In this document: positions 34,414-48,918 of the stretch, one piece after another
How the letters are laid out: each line of letters begins with the position of its first letter
How positions within the stretch are numbered: position 1 is the first letter of the stretch
From: an uncultured Acidobacteriota bacterium
GTDB lineage: Bacteria > Acidobacteriota > Thermoanaerobaculia > UBA5066 > Gp7-AA6
Assembly: GCA_963764715.1 (NCBI GenBank)
Contig: CAVXTP010000006.1
Location: 256,001-320,000, forward strand
Reading direction: 5' to 3'
DNA: 64,000 bases
Made by a program: the position numbers and the translations under genes
Notes under the pieces: generated by a model
Databases searched by the model: none
Seen by the model: only the letters and a program-made list of their open reading frames with translations
What the model was told of the DNA's origin: nothing

Positions 34414-34473
34414 TCAATTGACATATCTCATGCCGTAATCGCCTAAGCTCCACCAGGCGATCAAGGAGGGGAC

Positions 34474-35631
34474 ATGAAGGCTCCCACCCCGGCCCGGCGA
34501 CTGTTCCTGGTCCCGCTGGCGGTCTGCGCGGTGTTCGCCGGGGGTGCCGTCGCCCGCGTCCAGGACATCTGCGGCCCCTTCACCGACGTCTCCGCGGCGC
34601 TCTGCCCCTACGTGCTCGAGATGTATTACCTCGGCATCACCGCCGGCACCTCGCCCACGACCTACTCGCCCGACGCGACACTGACGCGCGGCCAGGCCGC
34701 CGTCTTCGTCTCGAAGGGCGTCAACCAGGCGATCGCTCGCTCGAGTCGCCGCGCAGCGCTCGGGCAGTGGTGGACGACCGCGAGTGACGCAGCCCTCGGG
34801 CGGACCGTGCTGCCCGGGATCTACACGGGCCCGTGCGTCTCGGATGGCACCGACGTCTGGGTCAGCAGCTATCCGGACGGCAACGTTTTCCGGGTCCGGG
34901 CTTCGGATGGCAGGTTTCTCGAAACCTGGACGGGCGCCACGGCCTCCTGGGCTCTCCTGAGCGCCATGGGCCGAATCTTCGTGTCGAGCAACGACACTCC
35001 AGGGCGGGTCTACATGATCGACCCCGCCTCCCCTCCCGGCACTGCGGTGCTCATCGCGGACGAGCTCGGAGACAACACCGTCGGGCTCGCTTTCGATGGA
35101 TCTCGCGTCTGGGCGACCGGATTCCACTCGGTTTCGATACTGACGCCGGGGCCGACCGTTCCGTGGTCGGTCGCGACCGCCACCGAGGGGTTCGCTACGC
35201 CCTCGAGCATCGTGTTCGACGGTTCATCAATCTGGGTGGCCGACGACACGAACGGCTTGCTGCGCGTCGATGCGACCGGCCACGTCGTGCAGACCGTGGC
35301 CGTCGGCTCCGCACCTCACGGGATGACGTTCGACGGTTCGAACCTGTGGGTCCCAAATACGGGGGACAGCACGGTATCGATCGTCCGCGTCGACTCGGGA
35401 GCAGTGATCGCGACGTTGTCCGGCAACGGACTATCGACTCCCGTGGGGTCCGCGTTCGACGGCGAGAGGGTCCTCGTCACCAACGCCACCGGAGGCTCGG
35501 TCTCGCTCTTCCGTGCGGCGGACCTCAAACCCCTCGCCAACGTGCCCGTCGTCGGCGGGGCGTGCACCGACGGACTGAACTTCTGGCTCCCGACCGTCGA
35601 AAACAACTCGGCCGTGCTCCGGAGATTCTGA
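34474..35631 (+). CDS. Exported SLH-domain / YncE-like beta-propeller protein (paralog 1)
   Basis: Signal peptide; PFTDV...GITAGTSPTTYSPDATLTRGQAAVF SLH; repeated FDGxxxWV blades. Confidence 0.85.
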   Translation: MKAPTPARRLFLVPLAVCAVFAGGAVARVQDICGPFTDVSAALCPYVLEMYYLGITAGTSPTTYSPDATLTRGQAAVFVSKGVNQAIARSSRRAALGQWWTTASDAALGRTVLPGIYTGPCVSDGTDVWVSSYPDGNVFRVRASDGRFLETWTGATASWALLSAMGRIFVSSNDTPGRVYMIDPASPPGTAVLIADELGDNTVGLAFDGSRVWATGFHSVSILTPGPTVPWSVATATEGFATPSSIVFDGSSIWVADDTNGLLRVDATGHVVQTVAVGSAPHGMTFDGSNLWVPNTGDSTVSIVRVDSGAVIATLSGNGLSTPVGSAFDGERVLVTNATGGSVSLFRAADLKPLANVPVVGGACTDGLNFWLPTVENNSAVLRRF

Positions 35632-36782
35632 TGAAGCGTCTCCTGGCCGCGGCCATCGCTTCGACATCCGTCATCGCCGGGTCGGCGACGGCCGCCCTTC
35701 AGGACGTCTGCGGCCCGTTCACGGACGTCTCTCCCGCCTTCTGCCCGTACGTGCTCGAGATGTACTACCTCGGCATCACCGCCGGCACCTCGCCGACGAC
35801 CTACTCGCCCGACAAGCCAGTCACGCGCGGCCAGGCAGCCGTGTTCGTCTCGAAGGGCGTCAACCAGGCGATCGCTCGCTCCTCGAAGCGGGCGTCGCTG
35901 GGCAACTGGTGGACGCCGAGGGATCCCGCCGGGTTCCCCCGCTACAGCGCGGGGGCCTTCGGCGTCGTCAGCGACGGTACGGACGTGTGGGCCGTTTCCA
36001 TGAGCGTCGTTGTCCGGACGCGCGCGAGCGATGGCAAATGGCTGGGGACCTGGACCGGAATCTCGGGCGGCGCCGCGATCGTCTCGGCGATGGGCCGGAT
36101 CTTCGTCAGCACGAACTCGAACCCCGCAAAGATCTACATGATCGATCCCTCTCTGCCTCCGGGTCCGGCCACCGAGGTCGTCGGCGACCTCGGGCAGCAG
36201 GCGCTGGGGTTGACCTTCGACGGGTCGAGGCTCTGGACCGCCAACGCGGGGCACTCGGTTTCGATCGTCACCCCCGCGGCGACCCTGCCCTGGCCCTCCG
36301 TCACGGTGCTGATGGACGGGCCACACTACCCGCTCGCGGCGATCTTCGACGGCCGCGACGTCTGGATTGCCGACAATCTCGGCAAGCTGCTACGCATGAA
36401 TTCCGACGGCACGATCGCGCAGACCGTCGAGATCAGCTCCGGCTCCGGGGTCTTCCAGCCCACGTTCGACGGCGAAAACATCTGGGTGCCGCTGGTGGCG
36501 GAGGAGTCGGAACTCGTCGTCGTCCGGGCCGCGTCCGGCGAGATTATCCGCCGGCTGACGGGCAACGGACTGACCGCACCGCACGCCGCCGCGTTCGACG
36601 GGCAGCGGGTGCTCGTAACCAATTCGACGGGAGGCTCCGACGGCACCCTGTCGCTGTGGCGGGCCGCGGACCTCGCGCCCCTGGGGTTCGTCGACCTGTT
36701 CGCCGCACCGAATCAGGTCTGCAGCGACGGCGTCTCGTTCTGGTACACGGAGGCGAGCTCGAGCCAGCTCGTCCGGTTCTAG
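35631..36782 (+). CDS. Exported SLH-domain / YncE-like beta-propeller protein (paralog 2)
   Basis: Same architecture, ATG overlaps the paralog 1 stop; near-identical SLH segment. Confidence 0.85.
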   Translation: MKRLLAAAIASTSVIAGSATAALQDVCGPFTDVSPAFCPYVLEMYYLGITAGTSPTTYSPDKPVTRGQAAVFVSKGVNQAIARSSKRASLGNWWTPRDPAGFPRYSAGAFGVVSDGTDVWAVSMSVVVRTRASDGKWLGTWTGISGGAAIVSAMGRIFVSTNSNPAKIYMIDPSLPPGPATEVVGDLGQQALGLTFDGSRLWTANAGHSVSIVTPAATLPWPSVTVLMDGPHYPLAAIFDGRDVWIADNLGKLLRMNSDGTIAQTVEISSGSGVFQPTFDGENIWVPLVAEESELVVVRAASGEIIRRLTGNGLTAPHAAAFDGQRVLVTNSTGGSDGTLSLWRAADLAPLGFVDLFAAPNQVCSDGVSFWYTEASSSQLVRF

Positions 36783-37419
36783 CTACTCGTACACCCGGTC
36801 CCCCACCGTCAGCCGCTCGAGGTAGACCGTCTCGCACGAGTTCGGCCCTTCGTCCTCGCGCGTCGTGCTCGTGCCCCAGTGGAAGTCGGAGTCGCCGACG
36901 CCGTCGATGTCGACGAGGAATCCCTCGAGGCGCACGAGGTCGCCCTTCGTGACGGCGCGGACGGCGTGCTTCAGGCGCAGGGAGCGCGGGAAGACGTGGA
37001 CATTGGCGGTGTGGGAGACGATCGTCCCGCGGTCGAGCGAGAGGTCCTTCGTCCGCCAGAAGAAGAAGCGCGAGAACTGGGAAAACGACAGCCGTCCCGG
37101 CGTAGGGCGGCGCGAGAACGGGCCCCCACGCCAGCGCCAGGTCCTCGGGCAGGAGGCTTCCCGCAGCGCCCCACCGGTAGGCCCGCGAGGACATGACCCG
37201 GGCGGACTGGTCCCAGCGGAAGCGAGGCGTGACGCGGTAGTCGCGCCCGCCGACGCGCCGCTCGAACGGCGCGCGGTCGGCCGGCGCCTGCACCGGCTCG
37301 GCCGAGGCGTCCGGCACCGGGGCCGGCCGGTGGCGCAGCAGGCCGAGGGTCAGCGGGTGGCGAAAGAGGAAGAGCGCCAGCGCCGAGGCGGTGACGAAGG
37401 CCGCGGCGCGCGCTCGCAT
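36783..37419 (-). CDS. Conserved hypothetical membrane-anchored protein, one apparent frameshift near 37095
   Basis: PEDLALAWG in one frame continues as ...ANVHVFP...VRLEGFLVD...WGTSTTREDEGPNSCE in another. Confidence 0.6.
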
Positions 37420-37554
37420 GCTGGGTCAAATTGTCACCGAGACGGCGGCAATTTCCCAGTGATTCGGCGATTGACACGCACGGCGCGGCGCGGGAGATAA
37501 TCCGCGCTTCCCCGGGCCCGGCCCACTCCGACCCGACAACCGAAGGAGATACGG

Positions 37555-40968
<3,414 letters not shown>

Positions 40969-41090
40969 AACGCGCCCTTTGATAGTCTCGGCGACAGCGT
41001 GCCCTTCGAGCTTCGCGTGTCCTCCCGGCGAGTCACTGGCCCGCGTCCGCGGGCTGGGGCCGCGACGATTTCGCGTCCACGGCCGAGGCC

Positions 41091-41375
41091 ATGCGCACGA
41101 TCGGCCAGGACCCGCGCCTCGCGCCCGGCATGCCGGTCCTGATGGACGTCCGGGACCTCGAGTACATCGCGACACCTCCCGAGGTCTCGTCCTTCGCCTC
41201 GCCCGAGCTGCTGCAGACCCTCTTCGCCGGCCGGCGCGTCGCCATCGTGACGCGGCGGGGAGCGCAGTTCGGCGTGGCCCGGACCTTCGCGACGAAGGCC
41301 GAGACGTCGGGCTCCGAGGTCGAGATCTTCGCCGAGCCGGACCTCGCGCTGGCGTGGCTCTCGGGCAAGCGTTGA
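41091..41375 (+). CDS. Small STAS/SEC14-like hypothetical protein (true start probably upstream)
   Basis: VLMDVRD...RVAIV...FGVARTF...EIFAEPDLALAWL pattern. Confidence 0.55.
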   Translation: MRTIGQDPRLAPGMPVLMDVRDLEYIATPPEVSSFASPELLQTLFAGRRVAIVTRRGAQFGVARTFATKAETSGSEVEIFAEPDLALAWLSGKR

Positions 41376-41453
41376 ATCCGGCCGGGCACGCGGCCGGCAT
41401 CGGATCGAACACCTCGCGCGCCGCATCTTGCGGCTGCAGACCGGAGGACGACC

Positions 41454-42925
41454 TTGAAGCGCATCCTGAAATGGATCGTCGGCGTCGTGCTCGGGGTCGT
41501 CCTCTTCGCGAGTCGGTCTGCTCTTCGTCCGCGCCTTCGCGTCGCGCTCGAAGCCGCCGCTCAAGCCCTGGCACCACGTCCTCGCCGGCGAGTTCCGCGC
41601 GAAGGACCTCACCGACGCGACGACCCTGAAGGATTACCTCGTGTTCGAGGACGCCGTGTTCCGCCGGATGAACGAGAACGTTCTACCGGCCGCCGCGGCC
41701 GAGGACCGGACGCCGACCAACCGCTACTGGCCGGACAGCCCCATCAACCCGGAGCGGTTCGCGAAGAACTGGAACCGGACCTTCGAGCTCGTCCCCGAGG
41801 GCGAGATCCGCGGCGGCGCGCTGCTCGTCCACGGCCTGACCGACGCGCCGTACAGCGTCAAGGCCGACGCCGAGGTCCTGCGGCGGCTCGGCTACTACGC
41901 GCTCTGCCTGCGGATGCCCGGGCACGGAACCGTGCCCGGCGGGCTCGTCGACGCGAAGCTGGGAGGACTGGCGCGCGGCCGTCCGCGTGGGCGCCCGGCA
42001 CGTGCGCCGAACGCATCGGAGCGGGGAAGCCCTTCGTCATCGCCGGGCTACTCCAACGGCGGCGCGCTCGCCGTGCAGTACGGCCTCGACGCCGCGGCGG
42101 TCGACGACGCCGCGATGCTGCCGCGGCCCGACCGCATCATCCTGTTCTCGCCGATGATCGGCGTCTCGCCGTTCGCTTCCTTCGCGAGGGTCGTGGCCCG
42201 GATCGGATCCATCCCCTACTTCGAGCAGTCCCGCTGGCTCGACGTCCTGCCCGAGTACATCCCGTTCAAGTACGACTCGTTTCCCGCGTTCGCCGCCCAG
42301 CAGACGGCGGAGCTCACGGCCGAGATCCAGAACGGGGTGCGCGAGGCCGCGAAGTCGGGAACGATCCGGAACTTTCCGCCGGTGCTTTCCTTCTCGTCGC
42401 TCGTCGACTCGACGGTCGAGACCTGGGCCACGATCGACCGAGCTCTTCGCGTTCCTGCCCGAGAACGGCAGCGAGCTCGTTCTCTTCGACCTGAACCGCA
42501 TGGCCGCCGTGCAGACCTTCCTGAAAAAGACCTACGACCCGCAGGTCGCGACGCTCTTCGCCGAACGCGGGACGCACCTTACCGGCTGTCGCTCGTGACG
42601 AATGCCGGGCCCGAGACCCGGGAGGTCGTGGCGCGCAACGCCGGGCCCGAACTCCGCGACATCGGAAGCGACGCCGATCGGCCTCTCCTGGCCGCCGGGC
42701 GTCTTTTCCCTGTCGCACCTCGCGGTGCCGTTCGCTTTCGACGACCCGCTGTTCGGCATCGAGCCGGACATGCGCGTCAGCTACGGTCTGCGGCTCGGCC
42801 TGCTCGCCCCGCGCGGCGAGCGGGCGTGTCCTGGACGTTTCGACGCGACCAGTTCATGCGGATCAACTGCAACCCGTTCTTCCCGTACGTCGCGAAGCGG
42901 ATCGAGGAGTTCGTCGCGGAAGTAG
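41454..42925 (+). CDS. Alpha/beta hydrolase, several apparent frameshifts
   Basis: LLVHGLTDAPYS, MPGHG, GYSNGG nucleophile elbow, FSLSHLAVPF. Confidence 0.7.
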
Positions 42926-43001
42926 CGGCGTCACCGCGGAGCCGCCGGCCGGCGTTGCCTGCTGCCGAGGGTCTCCCTCGGACGGTCGGCTCGTCCCGCC
43001 C
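42922..43001. repeat. Degenerate copy of the extended REP-like element
   Basis: GTAG...CCGGCCGGCGTTGCCTGCTGCCG...GGTCGGCTCGTCCCGCCC, similar to 14759-14842. Confidence 0.6.
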
Positions 43002-44153
43002 TCCCCGACGCTCCTTCGAGCCGCTCGAGCACGTACCGCCGGATGTCGAGGCTCAGCGTCCTCCATCGGGGCGTAGTAGCCGAAGCGCGTGGACGCGGGA
43101 AGCCGAGGCCGCGCTGGACCTCTTCGCAGATCGCCCAGTCCTGCCGGTTGATGAGGTCCCAGAACTCGACGGCGTCCGAGGGGTCGAAACCCGGGCTTCG
43201 CGATCTCGGCCGCGTCGAAGAGGAAGTCGCAGAAGATCCGCGTCCGGTCGGGCGCCTCGGGCAGCGAGGCGGAACGCGGCCACGTGCTCGGGCGAGAGCG
43301 ACAGAAACAGGTTCGGATAGACGAGCTCGCCCTTGTGGCGGGTCTTCTCCTCCTCCGAAAGGTCCGGGAACAGGGCGCGGTCGGAAGTCCCGGAGCGCGT
43401 GAACGTGAACGCGCCGTCGCGGTGCGGAATGCCATGCTCCCAGTCGAGGCCCGCGCCGCCCTTTTCGCGAAAGGCGGGAACGACCTCGCAGAGCTCGGGA
43501 TGAACGCCCGCGCAGTGGTAGCACTCGTTGTAGTTCTCGGCGACGACCTTCCAGTTCGCGCCCACCTCGTAGACGATGCGCCGGGCCAGGCGCAGCCGGT
43601 CGAGGGGATAGCGGCGCACCCTCTCCGGAACGGCGCCGAGGCACGGCTCGAGACTCCGGGCGCGCGGGCCCGCGGGCCAGAGATTCAGAAAGAAGAAGCC
43701 TCCCCACTCGGCGATCGCGCAGGCGTGGAGCGAGAGGTCCTCGGCCCGCAGAGTTGGGATCCTGGTTGAGAAACGGCGCTCCGATGAGCCTGCCGTCCAG
43801 CGCGTACGTCCAGGAGTGATACGGACACCGGATGGCGCCGGCGCCTCCGCCGGAAGCCGCCGTCGCGCCCCGAGGGGCGCGCGGGCTCCCGGCCGGGCCG
43901 CCGTCGTCCGTCGCGCAGAGGCGGGCGCCGCGGTGGCGGCAGACGTTGTAGTGCGCCGCGAGCCGGCCCTCGCGCGTCCGCGCGAGCAGCAGACTTTCGC
44001 CCAGGACTCTCGAGCACGCGCACTTCCCCGGCCTCTCGGCAGCTCGTCCGCGCGGCCGGCGCAGACCCACTCGCGCGAAAAGATCCGCTCGCGCTCCTTC
44101 GCGAAGATCTCGGGAGAGCGGTAGTACTCGCTGGGAAGGGATTTCTCGAGCAT
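42931..44153 (-). CDS. Rieske non-heme iron oxygenase alpha subunit (choline monooxygenase/betaine demethylase-like), apparent frameshifts
   Basis: NVCRHRG...CPYHSW Rieske motif and ANWKVVAENYNECYHC..VH, QDWAICE in different frames. Confidence 0.8.
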
Positions 44154-44204
44154 GGGGCGTGGGCGGCCGAAGGGCGCAGGGTCGAAGACCGCGCGAGCTC
44201 GGTC

Positions 44205-44228
44205 GTAGGGCGAGGCTTGTCCCCGCCC
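44205..44228. repeat. GTAG-type REP
   Basis: GTAGGGCGAGGCTTGTCCCCGCCC. Confidence 0.7.
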
Positions 44229-44256
44229 GGTCGCCGCGGCGTCCGACGCGGCTTCG

Positions 44257-45252
44257 TCATTTCCCCTCGTGCCCGTAGTACTCGTACGCCGACATCGGCT
44301 TCGTGTAGTCGACCGTCCAGGGGCGGCCTTCCTTCTCGAGCTTGCCGAGCGCGCGGGCCATCTCGCGGACGTGGATCGCGACGGAGCCGCAGCAGGAGCC
44401 GATGAAGTTGATGCCGAGGTCGCGGGCCTGCTGCGCCCAGCGCGCCATCTCCCGGCGCGTCAGCTGCAGCGGGTCGAGCTCGAACGGGAACGCCTCGAGG
44501 CTCGTGAAGTCGGGCCGGTCCGCCGGCGTCCGGTAACCGACCGGCTGGCAGGCGACGAACCCGGAGACGGCCTTGCGCATCTCCTCGATGAGCGGAAGCG
44601 TGTGCTCGGGCCCGCGCAGGCAGTTGATGCCGACGATGTCGGCGCCGGCGTCCTGCAGGGCCCGCGCCGCGTCGGCCGGGGTCTGGCCGTCGGAGGTCAC
44701 GGGCTTGTTCTCGAAGCAGACGGTGACCATCACGGGCAGGCCCGTCTTCTTGGCGCTCTCGACGGCGAGCAGCGCCTCGCCGAGCCACGAGAAGGTCTCG
44801 CCGATCACGAAGTCGATGCCTTCCTCGACCTGCACCGCGAGCTGCTCGTCGAAGGTCCGTCGCACGCGGTCGTAGGATGCGGGGCTCCCCTGCTCGTACA
44901 TCCAGGTCAGCGACAGGTTGCCGGCCACGAGGCAGCGATCGCCGGCCACCTGCTTCGCGATGCGGACCGCGGCGCGGTTCAACTCCTCCAGTCGATTCTC
45001 GAGGCCGACCGTCGCGAGCTTGTCCCGGCTCGCGTAGAAGGTCAGCGCCTGGAGCACCTCGGCGCCCGCCTCGCGAAACTCGACGTGGAGCTGCTCGAGG
45101 GCCTCGGGCTTCGTCAGGGCGACCTCCGGGGTGAACGGGCCGGCGCGGACCCAGCCGCGCTTCTCGAGCTCCAGCAGATATCCGCCGTCGCCGAGGACCG
45201 GACCTTCGGCGAGCCGTTCCAGGATGCCTTTTTTCTTCACGCGCGTCTCCAT
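44257..45252 (-). CDS. Homocysteine S-methyltransferase family protein (BHMT-like)
   Basis: LGDGGYLLELEKRG, LHVEFREAGA, VGINC, FIGSCCG zinc ligands. Confidence 0.9.
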   Translation of the reverse strand: METRVKKKGILERLAEGPVLGDGGYLLELEKRGWVRAGPFTPEVALTKPEALEQLHVEFREAGAEVLQALTFYASRDKLATVGLENRLEELNRAAVRIAKQVAGDRCLVAGNLSLTWMYEQGSPASYDRVRRTFDEQLAVQVEEGIDFVIGETFSWLGEALLAVESAKKTGLPVMVTVCFENKPVTSDGQTPADAARALQDAGADIVGINCLRGPEHTLPLIEEMRKAVSGFVACQPVGYRTPADRPDFTSLEAFPFELDPLQLTRREMARWAQQARDLGINFIGSCCGSVAIHVREMARALGKLEKEGRPWTVDYTKPMSAYEYYGHEGK

Positions 45253-45294
45253 GCTGTTTCGTGTCGAGCGTTTCGTTTCGGATCGAATTTCGGA

Positions 45295-46495
45295 TCAGGT
45301 GTAGGCGGTGGGCTCCTCGTCCCCGTACTCCCATTCCGCGCGGATCGGCCCGCGCGTCGCGAAACGGTCCGGCGCGAAGCACGGCGAGGTCGACCGTCCG
45401 CGCGCGTCCGTCGAGGAGAAGCTCCGAGAGGCACAGGCCGACGGCCGGAGAGATCTTGAAGCCCATGCCCGAGAACCCCGCGGCGACGTAGAGGCCGCGC
45501 GTCCCGGGCACTTCGCCGATCAGAGGCCGGAAATCCGGCGAGACGTCGTAGACGCCCGTGACGCTGCGCCAGATGCCGGCCTCCGCGAGCGCCGGCACGC
45601 GGTGGCTGGTGCGCTCGACGAGGCTCGCGAGCGATTCCGTCGAGGCGGACTGCGGGAAGGCGTCCGGATCCGCGCCCCGCTTTCCCCAGAAGTCGCCGAT
45701 CAGCGTGAGCCCCCCGACCTCCGAGCGAAAGTAGGTCGTCGTGATGCCGTCGATGCAGGCCGGCGAACGGCTCCGTCAGGCCCGGGGGGTTCTTGAGGAT
45801 CGCCACCTCGTGGTACTCGCCCTCGACCGGGCAGGTCGAATCCGGCGGCGGAAAAGAGCGGCCGACTCCAGGGTCCGGTCGCCGCGAGCACCACCGGCGC
45901 GTCGACCCGGCCGCGGTCCGTCTCGACGCCGGTCACCCGCCCGCCCTCGACCCGGAAACCCGGTGACGCGCGTCTGCGAGCGGTACGCGACCCCCATCTC
46001 GCGGGCCCGTTCGAGGAAGTCGGTCGCGACGCCCGTGCCGTCGCCGTAGCCCGAGCCCGGTTCCCAGGCCGCGTACGGCAGGTCGTCGACGTTCCATTCG
46101 GGAACGATCGCCGCGAGCTCCCGGCGGTCGACGACGCGGGCGTCGACGCCGTGGGCGCGCTGCATGGCGACGTTCTTCTCGAGCCGCGGCAGCTCCTTCT
46201 CGGGAACGATCCGGACGAAGCCGGTCTGCCGGAAGTCGCCCGGGCGGCCGACGTAGTCCGGCCATTTCCGGAAGATCTCGAGGCTCTTGACCGCGAGGTC
46301 GACTTCGGGGGGATAGCTGTAGTGCATCCGGACGAGGGCCGACGAGCGCCCGCTGCCACCGTGCGCCACGTCGCCCTTGTCGAGCACGAGGACGCGGCCC
46401 GCGCCGCGGCGCGCGAGATGGAAAGCGGTCGACGCGCCCATGACGCCCGCGCCGAGGATGACGACGTCGGCGGTGCGCCCGAGCTCCGCGCTCAT
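45295..46495 (-). CDS. FAD-dependent oxidoreductase (sarcosine oxidase beta/DAO family), apparent frameshifts
   Basis: VVILGAGVMGAS, GGSGRSSA, VYDVSPDFRPLIG, GFSGMGFKISPAVG. Confidence 0.82.
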
Positions 46496-48114
46496 GCGAC
46501 CCTCCGCTTCCAGTCCTTGAGCACCTGCCGCGCCGCGTTGTGGCCCGGCGCTCCGGTCACGCCGCCGCCCGGGTGGGCGCCGGCGCCGCAGAGGTACAGG
46601 CCGGCGACCGGCGTCGCGTAGCGCGCCCAGCCTGCGACCGGACGCATGAAGAAGAGCTGCTCGAGGGAGAGGTCCCCGTGGAAGATGTTTCCCTCGGTCA
46701 GGCCGTACGTGCGCTCGAGGTCGAGGGGCGTCAGGACCTGGCGCGCGACGACCGATCCCGGAACGTTCGGCGCGTATTCCGCGATCTTCTTCACGACCCG
46801 GTCGCCGAGGAGCTCCCGGTTCGCGTCCCAGGTGCCGCTCTTGAGCCGGTACGGCACGTACTGGACGAACGTCGTCATGACGTGACGGCCCTCGGGGGCG
46901 AGCGAGGGATCGACGTTCGAGGCCACGACGCAGTCGACCCAGAGCTCTTCCGGGATCTCGCCCGCGCGCGCGGTGTTGTAGCAGCGCTCCGCGAAATCGA
47001 GCGACGGAACGAGGGTGAAGAGGGACCTCTGCGGCCGCGAGAACGCGGCGGGCATGCCGTGGACTTCGGGCTCTTCCGACAGGACGAAGTTGACCTTGGC
47101 GCAGGGCCCGTCCATCTTGATCCCGGCGATCGACGCGCGGAAATCCTCCGGCAGGGCGCGTTCGCCGACGAGGCCGAGGAAGGTGCGCTTGGGATCGGCA
47201 TTGGAGACGACGACGCGGGCGGAGATCTCGTCGCCGCTCTCGAGCGTGACGCCGCGGGCCCGTCCGTCGCGCACGTCGATCGAGGCGACCGGCGCCGAAG
47301 CCACGATTTCGGCTCCGAACTTGCGGGCGGCCGAGGCCATGGCCTGGGTGATCGAGCCCATGCCGCCGAGCACGTGGCCGTAGAAGCCCTGGAGCTCGTG
47401 CTCGCCGCCCGAGAGCAGGTGGAAGAGGAGCCCGAGCGCGGTGCCCGGCGAGTACGGGCCTCCGTGCTTGCCGTACACGTTGTTGGCGAGGAAGAGCGTC
47501 TTGACCTTCTCGGACTCGTAGTTGCGGTCGAGGAAGTCGCCGAGGCTGCCGGTCAAAAACGACACCATGCGTCCGACTTCGGAGGCCGCGATCTTCCGGA
47601 AGCGCCTGCCGACCCGCAGCGCCTCGAGGAGACCCGCGAGACCCCGCGCGCCGACGTCGGGCGGCGGCTCGAGGAAAAAGGGCTGGAGATAACGGGCCAG
47701 GCGCTTGAGCTCGTCGTCGACGCGGACGAACGTGCGCGCGTCCCGGATCGAGAGCCGCTCGAGTTCCTTGACCGTCTTCTCGCGGTCCGACCACCAGGGA
47801 ACGACGGTCCGGTCGGGAAACGGCACGAGGAGCGCCGGATCGCACGGAACCATCTTCAGGCCGTGCGCCGCGAGCTCCAGATCGCGGATGACCTCGGGGC
47901 GCAGCATGCTCGCGATGTACGACGTCGTCGAGGCGCGGCAGCCCGGCGCGATCTCCTCGGTCACGCACGCCCCGCCGAGGATCGGCCGGCGCTCGACGAC
48001 GAGCGTCGAGAGACCGCCGCGCGCGAGGTAGGCCGCGGCCGTCAGGCCGTTGTGCCCGGCGCCCACGACGATGGCGTCGTACACGCGCCGGGACGGTGTT
48101 TGACTTTCAGTCAT
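46492..48114 (-). CDS. Phytoene desaturase-family NAD(P)/FAD-dependent oxidoreductase
   Basis: YDAIVVGAGHNGLTAAAYLAR...GGACVTEE; GNIFHG; LYLCGAGAHPGGGVTG. Confidence 0.9.
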   Translation of the reverse strand: MTESQTPSRRVYDAIVVGAGHNGLTAAAYLARGGLSTLVVERRPILGGACVTEEIAPGCRASTTSYIASMLRPEVIRDLELAAHGLKMVPCDPALLVPFPDRTVVPWWSDREKTVKELERLSIRDARTFVRVDDELKRLARYLQPFFLEPPPDVGARGLAGLLEALRVGRRFRKIAASEVGRMVSFLTGSLGDFLDRNYESEKVKTLFLANNVYGKHGGPYSPGTALGLLFHLLSGGEHELQGFYGHVLGGMGSITQAMASAARKFGAEIVASAPVASIDVRDGRARGVTLESGDEISARVVVSNADPKRTFLGLVGERALPEDFRASIAGIKMDGPCAKVNFVLSEEPEVHGMPAAFSRPQRSLFTLVPSLDFAERCYNTARAGEIPEELWVDCVVASNVDPSLAPEGRHVMTTFVQYVPYRLKSGTWDANRELLGDRVVKKIAEYAPNVPGSVVARQVLTPLDLERTYGLTEGNIFHGDLSLEQLFFMRPVAGWARYATPVAGLYLCGAGAHPGGGVTGAPGHNAARQVLKDWKRRVA

Positions 48115-48190
48115 TTCCGGGATTCTCGACTGCGCTAACGTAGCACAAGTTGAATTCTTCCCGGGATATGGATAGGCTGACTCGCAGTCA
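48101..48190. promoter_or_regulatory. Two candidate TetR operators TGACT-N3-AGTCA
   Basis: TGACTTTCAGTCA (48101-48113) and TGACTCGCAGTCA (48178-48190), each overlapping the start codon of one divergent gene. Confidence 0.7.
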
Positions 48191-48918
48191 TGAAAACCAA
48201 CGAGCTTCGCGTCGCCCCGACTCCCCCGAGCCCCCTGTCCGGTCCCCGCTCCGAGGCCAAGCGCGCCCGGATCCTGGACGCCGCCATGCGGCATTTCGCC
48301 GAGCGCGGCTACCACGCCACGCGGATCGAAGACATCGCCACCGAGCTCGCGATCGCCAAGGGCTCGGTCTTCCAGCACTTCGGGAGCAAGGAGGGACTGT
48401 TCCTCGCGGGCTACAAGAAGGCCGTGACTTCCTTCGCGGCCTACCTCGACGCGCCGCCCGCCGTCACCGCGCGGGGGTTCTTCGAGACCCTCCGCTACTG
48501 GCTCGAGCGGACCGACCGCCTCGTGCGCGAGAACTGGGTCCCGTACCGGATCGCGTTGCTCGGCAACTACGGCACCGACCTGCGGCTGCGCCAGGAGATC
48601 AACCGGTTTCTCCGGGACAAAGACCCCTACGGCACCGCGGTCTTCGTCCGGATGGGGGTCGAGCGCGGCGAGCTTCGAAGCGACATCGACGAGGAGATGA
48701 TCGTGTCGATGATCGAGTGGACCGTCGAACGATTCCAGGACGCCCTTCTGACCGAGGAGCTCGATCCCGGCCTCTTCTCGCGGCAGGGCAACCGGCCGGA
48801 GAAGACGGCGGCCCGCATCGCCCAGTTCCTCCAGCTCCTCCACGGCGCGATCGCGACGCCGGCCCCGGCGCCCGCGTCCCCGGCCCGAGGGAGGACGCCG
48901 AAGAGAGAGCGCGCGTGA
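48190..48918 (+). CDS. TetR/AcrR family transcriptional regulator
   Basis: ILDAAMRHFAERGYHATRIEDIA...KGSVFQHFGSKEGLF HTH. Confidence 0.93.
   Translation: MKTNELRVAPTPPSPLSGPRSEAKRARILDAAMRHFAERGYHATRIEDIATELAIAKGSVFQHFGSKEGLFLAGYKKAVTSFAAYLDAPPAVTARGFFETLRYWLERTDRLVRENWVPYRIALLGNYGTDLRLRQEINRFLRDKDPYGTAVFVRMGVERGELRSDIDEEMIVSMIEWTVERFQDALLTEELDPGLFSRQGNRPEKTAARIAQFLQLLHGAIATPAPAPASPARGRTPKRERA

Noticed and set aside
45253-45294. Possible SAM or other riboswitch before the homocysteine methyltransferase
   Set aside because: The gap is only ~40 bp with short TTTCG repeats and no recognisable aptamer.
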